Assembly: GCA_973895155.1 (NCBI GenBank)
Contig: OZ316892.1
Span: forward strand, 29,084,932 to 29,148,931
Direction: 5' to 3'
Length of the DNA: 64,000 nt
Origin: Marsupella aquatica
Taxonomy: Eukaryota > Plantae > Marchantiophyta
Shown in pieces: positions 1 to 12,732 of this stretch. Made by a program: the position numbers and the translations under genes. Each line of letters opens with the position of its first letter. The first letter of the stretch is position 1. Under the pieces are notes generated by a model that saw nothing but the letters and a program-made list of their open reading frames with translations, was not told where the DNA came from and did no database searches.

Positions 1-77
1 TTGGAATAGTTTGTTGATAGTGAAAGATTTCTCTCAAGTAGTGGAGTTGTTGTCTTTATGCCAGTCATGATTGTGTT

Positions 78-659
78 ATGCCCGAGGCGAACCAAGGAGG
101 GAATGATGTTGGGAATGATGTGGAGAATCATGGCTTGGAATTGGCTCATGACATTCATCATTTTTCTGCTTCTGTTGGATTATGCTCGTTGTCACAATTG
201 CCGCTCCAGGACAAACAAGCCAAACTATCGGATGTAGTGAGTGAAGGGCTTGCAGCAATGGTCCAGGATAGCTGCATCCTGGAAGATGTTCTTTGTCCTG
301 TGGGGGGAAATTCTGCACTATCACATGTTCCACCCTCAATTGTGGTGTCAGAACACCAGCCCCCACCCGATACTACAACATTTCTGGATGGCCTGTGTGG
401 TAATGTGCAACCGTTGTCCGCAACTAGTCAGGTTTGGAAGATTCTAGATGAAATGGCTGAAGGCATTGATAGTATACTTCGACAACCGATGCTACCCTCG
501 GACATGGAACTTGATCTATTTCCAAGTTGCCCGGCCTTGTCCTCTGAATGTGGCGAGCTTGTACCTCATGTGGGCAATGCAAATCCGCTGCCTGATTGTC
601 CTCAAGATGTCGTGCTTCAACTAGGGAGTAGTAGTGGTAGTGGTGACAATGATTTCTGA
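78..659 (+). CDS. Acidic, low-complexity ORF of unknown function (193 aa), converging on the MULE transposase; may be a terminal exon of a gene starting outside the window
   Basis: ORF track shows a long D/E/S-rich open frame ending 165 bp from the end of the minus-strand TE gene. No recognisable domain. Confidence 0.3.
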   Translation: MPEANQGGNDVGNDVENHGLELAHDIHHFSASVGLCSLSQLPLQDKQAKLSDVVSEGLAAMVQDSCILEDVLCPVGGNSALSHVPPSIVVSEHQPPPDTTTFLDGLCGNVQPLSATSQVWKILDEMAEGIDSILRQPMLPSDMELDLFPSCPALSSECGELVPHVGNANPLPDCPQDVVLQLGSSSGSGDNDF

Positions 660-823
660 ACTGTCTCGACATTCCTTATGCAATCTGCAGAACTGTGCAA
701 ATGTTGTACATGGTGCTCTTGGCATATATAAAGCATTTGTAGCTTCATCAACTTTTGAGACATGCCATTTTATTCGCAATGTATTTGTTGGACCTCATAA
801 AGTGTCATGATACTGTTATCATA

Positions 824-3800
824 TTAATTAGCAGGGCCAAAACCAATCCGCGCCTCGTGTACAAATTGTGTCTTGCATGCAGTGTTGGAAATTGGTACCA
901 ATTCAGGTTGAAAGCTTTTGATTAAATGCCCGATTAATTGAGATGCCCCACCTGATTGTACAGAACAGGAGAAGCCAAGTACCATAACCATTGTCCCGAA
1001 TGAGGATCCCAAACCTTTAACACTTCGACCCAGTGGATGTACAAGATTGAATAAATCTGGAATGCTCAGCTAGAACATCCTGGTATTCATTTGCGGAATC
1101 CATGACTGCGAAGCATAAACCGGTAAATTGCAGTGTGGGATAGTCACCGATAGCACATTGATAAAAAAAGGGACCAAAGTAGCGCAGGTACATCATAGAA
1201 TGAAAATGCCCACAGGACTTTATTGATGGTTGAAACATTGTATAATGAAAACTTGCAACATTATGTGCGGTGTTAATAATGTAAACTAATCTGATATAGA
1301 CACAATCTTGCCATCCGGTATTGAGGTGGGAGCAGTAATATCGCGTTTGGCACCAGCAGAGAAGGCATCCAAAAGTTGAGCGAAATTGGGAGACATTGCC
1401 CATGTTTGGCTACATCCAATTTGAATGCTACCAATAACTTGGGATTGCCGCAGAGTCAGAGGTTGACTTAACACTAACGATTGCGAGCAAGCTTTGGCCA
1501 CTTCATGAGCAGGGTACGGTGGAGCAGCGCGACTCTTTCTTTGTTTTAATGGTTGCTGCGTACGCTCATTGGTGGTGGATCCTTGCATTCTTGCACCCGC
1601 CTTGGAGTTATTGGTCCTTCCCCGTGGTTTCTTTGGCGGTCCCGGTGTGTCTCGAACAGACCCTGCACTCGACGAGACCACAACTAAATATGCAGTGACA
1701 TGAATCCCGGAATGCCATTGAAATTACCAAAAGGCAACTCACCTTCTTCTGAGTGGATCGCCCGTGATGTGAAATCTTTATCGTTCACTGCATCCAACAT
1801 GCCCTGCAGGGCATCGACAACAAGCTTGTCAAATTTTCCTTGGAATGATACGGGTCTGCCCTTTTTCTTGATTAGCAATTTTTTGGGGGCACTTTGTTGC
1901 ATTATTGGGGCGTTGGCGTCCGTTGGATCCTTCAGGATTTGTTTCCTCTTCTGCCTCCCCTTCATGACTTTGTCAACCCATCCAGGTTTGGGGGCGGTAG
2001 AGATGTCGGATTATGCATTTGGAACTAGTGCCTTCAGTGGACTTGAATCCCGTTCCAACCTGGTTACATTCTGTTGTGCTTCTCTAGTCTGCAATGACTC
2101 ACACCAAACCTTCAATTCTTTTAGGCCCTATATTGCCAGTGATGGGCGGTATGAAATAGTTTCATAAGCTTTATTGATAACACTTATGAACTCATCCAGT
2201 GAAGGCGACACAGGAGCCGGTTCAACCTCGGCAGGTGCTTCCTCCCAGAATTCCTTGTCATCATAGGAAAGAGTTACATCTCCAACATTGGAAATTGGGG
2301 CTTGGTCCCCATTGCGAACCTTCTAGAAGACATCAAACCCTCCACAGAAAGTACCGAGCTTTGTACCAAGTTGAGTGAGAACATCCAATTCAGTCATGGT
2401 GTTTGTCATGAGCAACACCTTAATCTGCACAATATATGTAACAATTGATGAAGAAAAATTAGTCATGATATTGTACATCGTTGGCATAAGTGATAAGACG
2501 CACAGAAGAAGACACGAAGGTCAATTGGAGCGGAAGTTACTACACCTGGTGCTTGCAAGCATTGCCCTTCACTGAAAACCCGCAGGTACAGGAAAACAAG
2601 TTGTTATTCCAATCTCTGACAACATGTTCTTGATCCCACTATATTTATCCGAGGTACTTTTTACAGATGCACACTTGCTTTCTCCAGATTCAAAAAGTGT
2701 GACAAAGTTATCAGGGATGTAGACGGCTCTATTCATGCATTTGTGTACATGGTGCTCTACAGTCTTGTTCCTGAGGCGTCCCTGGAATTTGTCGGCGGAC
2801 ATACACCAATAGTGGTTTTCAATACCTTTCAACTTCTCGACCAACCATGGGATAGTCCGCCCATTGATGGTACTTTTATCAGCCTTCAATTCCACTTTCA
2901 GAGTATGGTGCCATCGCTCAATTCCACCATTAGTGTTTTGATTTGAGTGTCTGTACAATCTTACTTTCATAGCCCAATGATTAATCTTTTCATGCCACTC
3001 CCTCTTGTAGTAAGCTACAAAAGTTGGTTGGGTCTCCCTCCATCGGTCCATAAAAAAGCTTGAGACTCTGCTTGAAGGTCTGCGCAGGAAGCGAGGAAAC
3101 AATTATCCATTTGTTCAGGTGTTTTAAGTTAGCGAAAACCTTTCAAATTAGCTTGGCGCTGATCTTCAATGGAATTGAAATACATCATAGTTACCTGTTC
3201 CATCAGAATACATCAAGGCGCCAAGGTCTGCATTGATTTGAGCCTTTGCAAATGGACAAAAAACCTTCCAGATTATATTCTTGGTCCACGCCCTCCTCAC
3301 ATGCCACGTACAAAAGGTGATGGGAACATTCGGGAAGACATTGCTGCGAGGCAAGATGCAAGGCAATGTCGATTAACAAATGTCTGAATCTTGAAAATGA
3401 AATAGAATGAAATCAGGTGCAATAGTGGGGATGGGAGCAGTACGTTATGGCAATTTGCTCCTCATCTGCGACATCAATCATCCAGCAGTTTGGATCCCAT
3501 GGAAGGTCGTTGCCCATATCTGATCTCTTCTGGTTTGCAGCTCCTTTGAGGTTTATCAATACAGTAGTGACTTGCAGTGTTGTGTACCTCTGGAGGACTG
3601 CAAATGCAATAGGGATTGCATTCTGAAATTTGTCGAACACCACAACAGTGTAAAAGGGGAACTGCACATTGGAACCATTGAAAGCAGAAATCAGGCATTG
3701 TCATTGTGTTAATTGGGTGAGCACTGATGGAATGTTGAAAATCCTACTGTAATATATATATTGTAAATAATAATTACCCCACAATGATTGGTGCCAAATG

Positions 3801-4956
3801 TGGCATCGAAGCCCACAGCACCGTCGTGACCAAGAGTCGCCAACTTTTTTCTTTGCCAATTGGTACACCATGCCAAGATGAAGGGTTGGTCGTCTGCTTT
3901 TACTTGGGGCTGGTAAAACAATACATCACATCTGACTTGTTTTGTAGGACCCAATTGTGAACACCGGTTGTGTCGTCTGTTGTGTAAAATGGCTGTCTTC
4001 GACGCATGGCCTCTCTCACTGTCCAAATGTCTTTTGGCGTGAGCTGCATGTCTCTACTAAAGATGACATCTGCGTCCAAATCTGGGTGATCTTTTCGCCA
4101 TTTCACAGCAACCTCGTCAAAGTGCGCCCTGATAATATATAGCCTTCGCTGACAGACCAGCCCTTAAATATTGTTCTAGTTTAGCCCTTAGTTTCATGGA
4201 AATGCGGGGGGCTATGTGGCAGTTCGATACATAGGCGGATGTGTCTTCCAAACCGTGGCAAATGAGACCACCTGCGTCGCGGTGCTCCCGATGTAGCCAA
4301 TTGTACCAGGTCACCATCTTCTCAAGAGGCCCGATTCGATTTATCTTATGCTCATGGGATTTGCAAACGGAGAATTGTGTATGAAAACCGTCTCTCATGT
4401 TTTCTCCCCAGATAAAGTCATTCAATCGGTTCTTAGGAATCCACGCAAAGTCTGCCCTTGCCCCAAACCATTGCAATTTCGTAGCATCGAATTCACCCAG
4501 GGGAGGATATTGAATTCTGTCACACTTATGATTCTCATGAAAGCACTTCTTCAATTGCAGAATGGCCTGATCAGAACCGCTGCCTGCACTTTTCGCTCCA
4601 GGCTTCACCTTCATTTCAGTAAACTGACTGTGCTTATTTTCCTTGTCCCTTTCTGCAAACTCCTTTTCCCGTTGTAAATTCCACACAGTGGACTCCAACG
4701 GTGGTTTATGAACATTGCTGTTCATTGCGTCTCAGAAAACCTGCATCCTCTCTTGCAGGTGTGCAAAAGTCATCGGCCCTGTACTGGAAGCTTCGGGTTG
4801 GACTACCCCGTCGCCACAAAATAAATCTTTGACGACAAATGCGCTACGCCTCCTGCTCGAAGGATCCACAGATTTTTTGTTGTCATCCCTTCCCAGCTCA
4901 CTAGGTGGCATTGCAAGATCCCAAAACTCCATGGTATCCAGCAATTGCTCGTGCAA
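824..4956 (-). mobile_element. Defective Mutator-like (MULE) DDE transposase with SWIM zinc finger; intron-containing and frameshifted
   Basis: Minus-strand fragments in expected order: GFDATFGTN (first catalytic D), FPFYTVVVFDKFQNAIPIAF, CWMIDVADEE (second D), FCTWHVRRAW (CxxH), TNGGIERWHHTLK (E), then SWIM CTCGFSVKGNACKHQ at ~2546-2590. Several frame breaks. Element termini not defined. Confidence 0.85.
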
Positions 4957-5040
4957 AGCATGAACACTAACTCACAAATGTGTTATCATTTTCCTGCCAC
5001 AAAGTGTGCGCCATCGTGACCTCATTTTGAATCTGTAGAA

Positions 5041-5420
5041 GCGTAGGGAAGGGCATATTTTTGTGTTATTGACTTGCCTGGGTTTCCAATCTGTCACCCC
5101 CCTTGCTGCGAACAATCTGCGTAGAGGATATGCGATCCAATGTCCGCCTTGTTCTCAACCCTAAACCGAGACTGCAACTAGGGGGTCGTAGTCGCCGATG
5201 TTTGAAAGCATAGGGAAGGGCGTATTTTTGTGTTGTGTGGCGACGGGCCGGGGTGTTGCGTGGCGATGGGGTCCTGCGTGGCGACGGGGTGTTGCGTCGT
5301 GACGGGAGGGAGGCACGACGGGAAGCAGGGCCTTTAGGTTCAGGGTCGGGGGCCATGAGGCGCGGGCGCAGGGCCTTTGGGTTCAGGGTCGGGGGCCATG
5401 AGGCGTGGGCGCAGGGCCTG
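5041..5420. repeat. GC-rich short tandem repeats upstream of the MULE ORF
   Basis: GCRTAGGGAAGGGCRTATTTTTGTGTT at 5041 and 5208; ~18-bp TGGCGAYGGGGT.. units; two copies of a ~43-bp unit (GGGCCTTTRGGTTCAGGGTCGGGGGCCATGAGGCG..) at 5328-5418. Confidence 0.7.
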
Positions 5421-5896
5421 GCGTGAGTGGAGGTGCAAGGGCACCTTCAAGGGTGTCCCTGTTGGGGCAGGCTTCGTGGCACCCTAAACTGCCTGAAACC
5501 TGCTAATGGCATTAGTGTACGATTAGGGGCCATCAATGTGCATCGAGATTGAGTCTCGTGCTTAATGCATACAAGACCAGGCTAGTCCAAGAGGGAATGA
5601 ATGAACCCCTACCTTTGGGTGGAGTGAATGACAAGAGGGTACGAGATCTCCCTGGCCCCAGTGAACTCTTCTACCATGTACCCTAGAGGCAGCTGGTGTC
5701 CACTGAGATTCGTGCTCAGTATTTAACCTTTAACCTAATACCGACGTCACAAAAAATGGGCAGCAGGCAGCTTCATCCGGAATATGTAAGATAATGTAAT
5801 ATAAGGTGCGTTTGCTAATTTAAAGAATATAATTAGGTTTATTATGGTACGGAATGATGTACTACATGTGCAATTACCGTGACCCATGCTAGTTGG

Positions 5897-6150
5897 TATA
5901 TTATTATGGCTCTGAGCAGGATAATCTATTAGGTTTTTTTTCGGTGTTCGTGTTACTAATGCTTCTCTAAACGAGAATATGCTAGGAATACTTCTTCTCT
6001 GTTTGTGATTTATTTATGCTAATGGGTACATATTATGGCTCTGAGCAGGATAATATTTTAGGTTTTTCCTTTTTTGCTAGTGTGGCTAATGCCTCTCTGA
6101 ACTTGAAAAAACTAGAAATATTCCTTCTCTGTTTGTGAATTATTTCTTGA
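5897..6150. repeat. Diverged tandem duplication (~130-bp unit, 2 copies)
   Basis: TATTATGGCTCTGAGCAGGATAAT...TCTCTGTTTGTGA occurs twice, at ~5902 and ~6032. Confidence 0.7.
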
Positions 6151-6955
6151 TGGTACCCAATAGATCTCCGTAGATTCAAGGATGACTCTTAGATTCTGGC
6201 AATTGGGGTCTGTGACTAAGTGAACAACTGGCTGATTGGAGACAAACAATCTAGCAAATTTTAGGAGGAAGTGGCAGAAACTATTTTGGGAGTTGTAATC
6301 TGGCAAAATTTGGCAGCTAAGAGATACCCTGGCTCTGAGGCAGAAGATTTGACCAAATGAATATATTAAAACGGTGCAACATGTGAAGAGTCACTGGAAA
6401 TCAATTGAACCCAAATCCATTCAATAGGTGACATGGCAAGGGGCTTCAATGTCCTTAGATCTATTTTAGTTCAGTTCAGATACTGCTCTCAAGTCGCTGG
6501 GCACTGTCATGCTGAATAGATTTGCACGGTCTGTGATTCCAAGGAAACATGCATCAGGGGCCCATTTTCCACCCGCACCCTAACTTTGGTTATGCCCCAA
6601 AATCATAACCTAGAGACTTCACTCTACACTACATCTTGAAGAGTAAGTTCATATTCTCATTATATAATTAGATAAAGCCTGCATAAAAAAATACTTTAAC
6701 TCAAGATTTGAGGGACTATTATTGCCTATAATGGGCTTTTACTAGGCCTTTAATACATGCCTAAGAGATTTCATGTACAGTAAAAAGTTTAGGAGAAGTT
6801 TCTTACTTCCCTTGTCCACATCTGTACTATGGTATCTAAGGCAAAAAAATTACGAACACAAAAAACACTGAGGGCATTATAAGCTGGCATTATAAGCTGT
6901 GCAGTCTTCACCAAAAATTACAAACACAGAAATCACCAAGGGCATTAAAGCACAT

Positions 6956-7409
6956 AGCTCTCATTGTGAAGTGCACAGGTTTAGGAATGGGCTTTAAGCT
7001 CCACATAAGGTGGTGAATGCTCCACCTTTTATGTTTCAGGGAAGTGCTCCACCTTTTATGGTGAAACATTATCCACCAGGCTCTAAGCTCCACAAAAGAT
7101 GATGAGTGCTACACCTTTTATGTTTCAAAGAAGTGCTCCAAGTTTTATAGTGAATCATTATACACCACTGGACCCGAATGAGTAGTGAGGGAGGGAATGG
7201 GACTTTTATATGGTAGATGTGGTTTAAATCACACCTGCCACTATAAAAGCCTCATTCCATGTCTCACTACTCACCATAAAAGGTGGAACACTAGCACCTT
7301 TTGTGGAGTACTTGCTAAAAAAAAGTTTTACAGTTAGCACCTTTTGTGGAGCTCAAAACCCATTTTTGAACAGCCCATTTTTGAACTTGTACTTTTTAGA
7401 ATGAGAGCT
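6956..7409. mobile_element. MITE-like foldback element
   Basis: Termini AGCTCTCATT / AATGAGAGCT are inverted and the arms keep pairing inward. Central ~95-nt hairpin 7179-7273 (TGAGTAGTGAG...CTCACTACTCA). Internal ~90-bp duplication. No clear TSD. Confidence 0.65.
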
Positions 7410-8273
7410 CCCCTAGCCCATAGGGGCAGGTGTGGTTTAAGTATATCGTACCCACTTGTTTATAGTGCATAGTGGGCCATGATTTTAACAAGGCATCGTG
7501 GGCCATGATTCCCTGGAAAACAAGTTCTGAGGGGATGATTGTACCCCACAATGCTCTGGCAAAAACCTATGATTTGCAGTAAGGTTCCTATTTTCCTTAA
7601 CCATGTTTTTCTTTTCCCTCAATGAGATTTCTATATTCTTTTAACAATCTTACCACACTGCAACACACGAGCCTTCAGCTGGAAATACCCATGAATTCAT
7701 GGCCTTCCCAGATAGCTTTCCAAAATTTGATTGGAGTGCAGTTTATAAAGCCAGTCCACATAAGTTAGGGGCCATCAATATGACAGTTGGCCATCAGATC
7801 CGCTGTGTCAATCTGGAGGTTTCAAGTCACTCAATTTACGCCTGCAGCCCAAAGGAATATCCATCAAACCCTAAGGAGAGTGGAGGCTTTGACGAAAAGG
7901 ACTGTTGCTCTATTTAACCATGGGCAAGGTAAAGGCTCCATGGAGCAATGCAGAGCAACTTTCGTACTGTTTCCAGTTTACACTGGGAGTTGAAATTCCA
8001 TATCCAGACAAGTGGACCAGGTGATACCCAAACAAACTGGTATGACCCCGCTCTTGCAAGGGGGAGCTAGTGTAATAACAATACATAGAGTCCGTGTCGA
8101 CTAAGTGCATTAAACTCTACCCACCTCTCTAGTATGCAAATCTCACAAGAAATCTCAGTCTAATTTCCGAATTTCTAGATAAAATTCCATCCATAGCCCT
8201 AACAAAACTGCAGCAAAGATATCTCTGCCAACTCCGCTGGTTAGATACAAAGGCTCAAGCAGGTCTGCTAAAG

Positions 8274-11178
8274 TCATTGTATTTCAACCACGCGTGCACC
8301 TTCTCTATCCAACTTTTGGACATGGGTTGTGGCTTTCAGCTTCCCATCAACCAGAAATTCCTGAACCATACTTTGACCAATTCTCCACCCTTTCTCTTCA
8401 CTGTCCGTGATGGCAACTGTTGTTGGCCCTGCTCCACTAATTGTGCAACCATAAGCTCCATTCTTTATGGAAACCAGTTTTACGGCCAGCAGACCTGGTA
8501 TCAAAGGCCCCCTTTTGGGCTCAACTATGGTATCTGATGCTGCATGAGAACGGTGAGAGTCAAAGGTAAGGAAACCTGTTATTTTACATTCTCAAATGCG
8601 CATTGCGAAGACTGCAGCATAATTCAGGGTTGTGTACTTCAATATTTTCATAATATTGAAACTCTTTCCAAGACATTCATATATATCAAACTAATTGCGC
8701 TAGACAGCTTGAGTCTATGACTGATGAAATGCTTAACCAGCTCTATCAAAAAATTGGAATCTCTTGATCTGCAGCACTAATCCTTCACACGGGTAAGTCC
8801 CAAAGTACCAGTCAAACTATTCGGATTCCATTTTTGCAGAGGACGGTCAATTACCCAAATAACCAAAGCGGGATTGGTAGGAATACTATCAAAGTCGAGA
8901 AGAACATACCACCGTGTAAATTTCTTCCATTTGTAGTAAAGCAAGGAAGAAAATTGAAGACTAGTACAATGGAATATAGATATGGACAACGATATCTTAC
9001 AAAGAGCTGAGCCCAACAGATAGCTGTCGCCAAGAAGTATGGCCGATACTAAAGCGGCTGCTTGACTGCAATTGGATACATGCTCTTTCATTGAAATCTA
9101 CAAAAGAAACGACATCCAATCAGAAAAGGAAATGCATCTTTTGATCCATTTACCACTGCCTCCTATAAAGTCTAAGGTAACCCATTGCCCAACGAAAGTG
9201 ATCAAGCATTTGTTTAAAAGTGGGAAGACATGCAATGAGCAGTGTGATCAGATATACTATTTATGGGGCAAAGCAAAGCTGCACAATGGGAAGCCAGAGT
9301 CATACACAAACACACAAAGATAAGCTAAGCTAAGCTAAGCTAAGCTAAGCTAAGCTAAGCTAAGCTAAGATAAGATAAGATAAGATAAGATAAGATACAA
9401 TACGATACAATACAATACAATACAATACGATACAACACGATTATATTATATTATATTAGAACCAGTTCTTGTATTTCATTGATTATAAGAGGTGGAGTGG
9501 ATATCTCAGACATACCTCTAGAGGCAGAACAGCCCGCATTTTCTTTGTTGGTGCTTCAAACTCGGGAGACACCAGCACAAAAAACAGGTCTTTGTCTTCG
9601 GGAAATGCGAGTGGAATTAAGTGTAGCGGATCATAGCTTCGAATTAGCACAAATCCGCCCATCAAAGAAGGTGCTACATTGTCAGCATGGTAGCCACTAA
9701 CTGTGGCTTCAGACTCCAGTCCTGCCTGCACCAGCTGTGCTTTGGTGAGGGGGCTCCCAAACAATGCATTGACCTGCACAGACATCAGATTACTTTGCGC
9801 CTTGAGTACGAAAGAAGGCTGCAACAGTTTCATTTACTGCCAGTTTATCTCCCCATATCGACTGTTTCAGTGGCTCTACAGTATTCTCAACCTATCACAA
9901 TTCTTCATCATCCACCATTGTGCCTTGGGCTCGTTCCTAGCTTTCCATTACTAGTACTTCTTATAGACTGCACCTACTTAATTTTGTTTTTCCAGAACTT
10001 GGAAAACATTCAAGAAATCTTAAAATCTGGACAGTCAACCCTAGAGATGGACGGTAGAGACAGCAAGACCTCAATTGACAGCCCAAAGAGAAAATTTGTA
10101 AGGGGTTTACCGCAACAGCAGCAGCTGCAGCACTGGCGGCACTCGAGCCAAGACCACTGCCGAGGGGGAGGCCCTTATGAAGAGTGAGGGACACACCCAC
10201 AGACTGAACTCCCAATAAGTCCAAAGTGGCCTTCGCTGCGATACCAGCGCAATTGTCCTCCGGGACATAGCTGAGACGCCCGTCATCCCCTGTGATGGAT
10301 GAAATCGCCACAGTACCTGGTGCTACGTTGTCATTCACCTGCATACTTCAGATCTACAAGTTCAATTTGGTACCACCAACATTCAATATCTGCTTTCATT
10401 CAAAGGGGGAAAATGCCCGCAAAGTGAATAGCACAGCTCAGGAACTTGCAAAACATACATAGAGATACCTCTGCAGTGACAAAATCCCCGAGCCCCTCCA
10501 CAGCACAACCGAGAAAGTCGTATCCCGGTCCCAGATTGGCGACCGTGGCTGGAGCAAATGCTTTCACCAACTTCTGGACCACAGCTGGCTCAGCCGTAGT
10601 GAGCTGCTTCAATGGAGGAATAGGGTTTAGGGCAACATTGGCCTGACTTATCACCTGCAAAACTCCATGACCCAGGCTATTCAGTCCATCGAGGTCACAT
10701 TGGGGAGAACTCTGTCCAGAATCTGAGGTACCAGACGAAAAATGCTCAACAGCGAGTCAAATTCCTTGAGAAATAAAGCAAAATGCAAAATTAAAGTCTT
10801 TTTGAAAGGGTTTTCGAACCCCACATCAAAGCAATTGCAATTACTCCATTTGAGCACGTATTCGGCAAAAGGTCATAAAGATATGCAGAATCCCTGAAAA
10901 TGGAAGATGGCTTCGACTGACCACCACACCTGCCGTTGATGATTAGGCTTGGCTGCTGCAGCTAGTGATGATGACGATCTCTTGTTCCTCGTCGCCAAGA
11001 ACAGTGAGGAATGTCCACAGTTGAGAGAAGAAAGCGAAGCAGAGCTGAGCTGGGGCAAATTGCAATCCGAATGAACTCGGAGATGAATGGCGCCATGGGA
11101 GAGTGCAGTAGGCGGCGAGGCGAGGAGGATTGTCTCAACTGCCATCGGACAAGGGGAGTGGCGGAGTAGCAGCACCAT
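8274..11178 (-). CDS. HSK: Homoserine kinase (GHMP kinase), plastid-targeted; 6 exons, ~427 aa
   Basis: Exons 11178-10930, 10654-10469, 10338-10111, 9773-9516, 9097-9001, 8539-8274; all GT-AG and phase-compatible, 1284 nt. Motifs APATVANLGPGYDFLG, GLPLGSGLGSSAASA, HADNVAP, ISGAGPT. Ser-rich N-terminal transit peptide. Alternative ATG at 11145. Confidence 0.95.
9321..9458. repeat. Compound pentanucleotide microsatellite in HSK intron 4
   Basis: (TAAGC)9, then (TAAGA)6, then TACAA/TACGA units, then (TTATA)n. Confidence 0.95.
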
Positions 11179-11353
11179 CGCTGCTGAACTGGAGAGAGGG
11201 GAAAGAGAGCTCAATGTCTTTCTTGCGCTCTCTCGAATCAACTCCAATTTCTGACACTACTTTTTCATACTCCAACACAAAAAAGCATCACCACTCTTAC
11301 AGACGTGTTTTTGGAAAGATTGTTGAAATTTTCTGTTTATCTTTGCCCACTTT

Positions 11354-11640
11354 CATTTATGCCCCCTAGTTAGAGTCAGGGTCTAGGGGTTTCACTCTAG
11401 ACAAAAGACCCATTTATGCCCCTAGTTAGAGTCAGGGTCTACTGTAGGGGTTTCACTCTAGGCAAAAGACACATTTATGCTCCTAGTTAGAGTCAGGGTC
11501 TAGGGGGTTTCACTCTAGGCAAAAGACACATTTATGCTCCTAGTTAGAGTCAGGGTCTAGGAGTTTCACTCTAGACAAAAGATTCATAAAGTAGTATGCC
11601 TTAGTTAGAGTAGTGGTCTAAAGGTTTGACTCTAGACAAT
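11354..11640. repeat. Minisatellite (~57-61 bp, ~5 copies) in the HSK upstream region
   Basis: Unit CATTTATGCYCCTAGTTAGAGTCAGGGTCTAGGGGTTTCACTCTAGRCAAAAGAC at 11354, 11411, 11472 and 11529, plus a degenerate fifth copy. Confidence 0.9.
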
Positions 11641-12732
11641 AGGCCCATGTAATAACATTTAATTGCTAATTAGTCAGTTTACTAATTGTTTGTTTACAGG
11701 ACATTGTGGGCAGTAATGACCCTCTGTTTGGAGGGGCTACTAGTGTACACAATACTATTGTATCAGGATTTTGATACACTTTAAGGCCTAAGATGTTTAT
11801 TTTCACTAATTAAAGAAAACTAGAGGAGACTGTGCATTCTTCTCCATAAATCACCAAGGGCATTAAGTGACCCTGAAGGTCTCAGGTTCAATCTCCTTTG
11901 AGGGGGTCAAATGCGTTATGGTAGTGTAGAATTTATTAAAAATACAAAAATATGTGAGAGGTTCTTGTTCTAAGGCAGTTCCCTTGGAAAAAGAGTTACA
12001 GTCCTCTCTGGAGGGCAATTTATTTTCCAAGTTTTGCGAAGGCTAAGATATTTCTTTCTAACTCTGCCGTTGTTTATGAGTTGGGGACGAATTGGATGAT
12101 GAGAGGAGTGGGATTAGGAAATTATGATCTCCAAAGCCCTGTAAATATGCAAAGGAAAAAACAAACAAACAGGAATTTAGGTACAGTTGAGTCTGGGCAC
12201 AAGCAGGGGGAGCAGGGTAGGAGATCACGCCAGGTACCTAGTCAAGGTCATGAGGCAATGGGGCATTCAATCCCATTTTTTGTTTTGTAAATAGACAATA
12301 GAAGATCAACAAATGCAGCAGCCCTCTTATTTTATCAACCAAAGTTTGGGAAGACCCTCCAGGTGTTGAATCACTGCGTGCTAGGAAATCCAGAAGGGTA
12401 TTTATCAAAATGGAATAGTTGGGAAGATAGAAAAATGGTTAGTTTGTGCACTTTTGTCATTTCGTATGTTGTTCACTTGTTTGAGAGAGTTGTTAGAGAG
12501 AAGTTTTAGAGGTTCATGTTTACTATACAATAGTAGACAGTTACATAAATACAATAAATGTAAGCTCGGATGGGATCCCCCTCAAACCTTTTAGCTTGGA
12601 CGTGATACTAACGAGCTCTGACTCTATGTGTGAGCCATCCAAGACCAGATGCAAGTTTCTAGTGATCTCCTCCAAGCTTAAAGGTTTGAATTGAAATCCC
12701 CTCTGAGCTTATACCACCTAAATAATTGTGCT

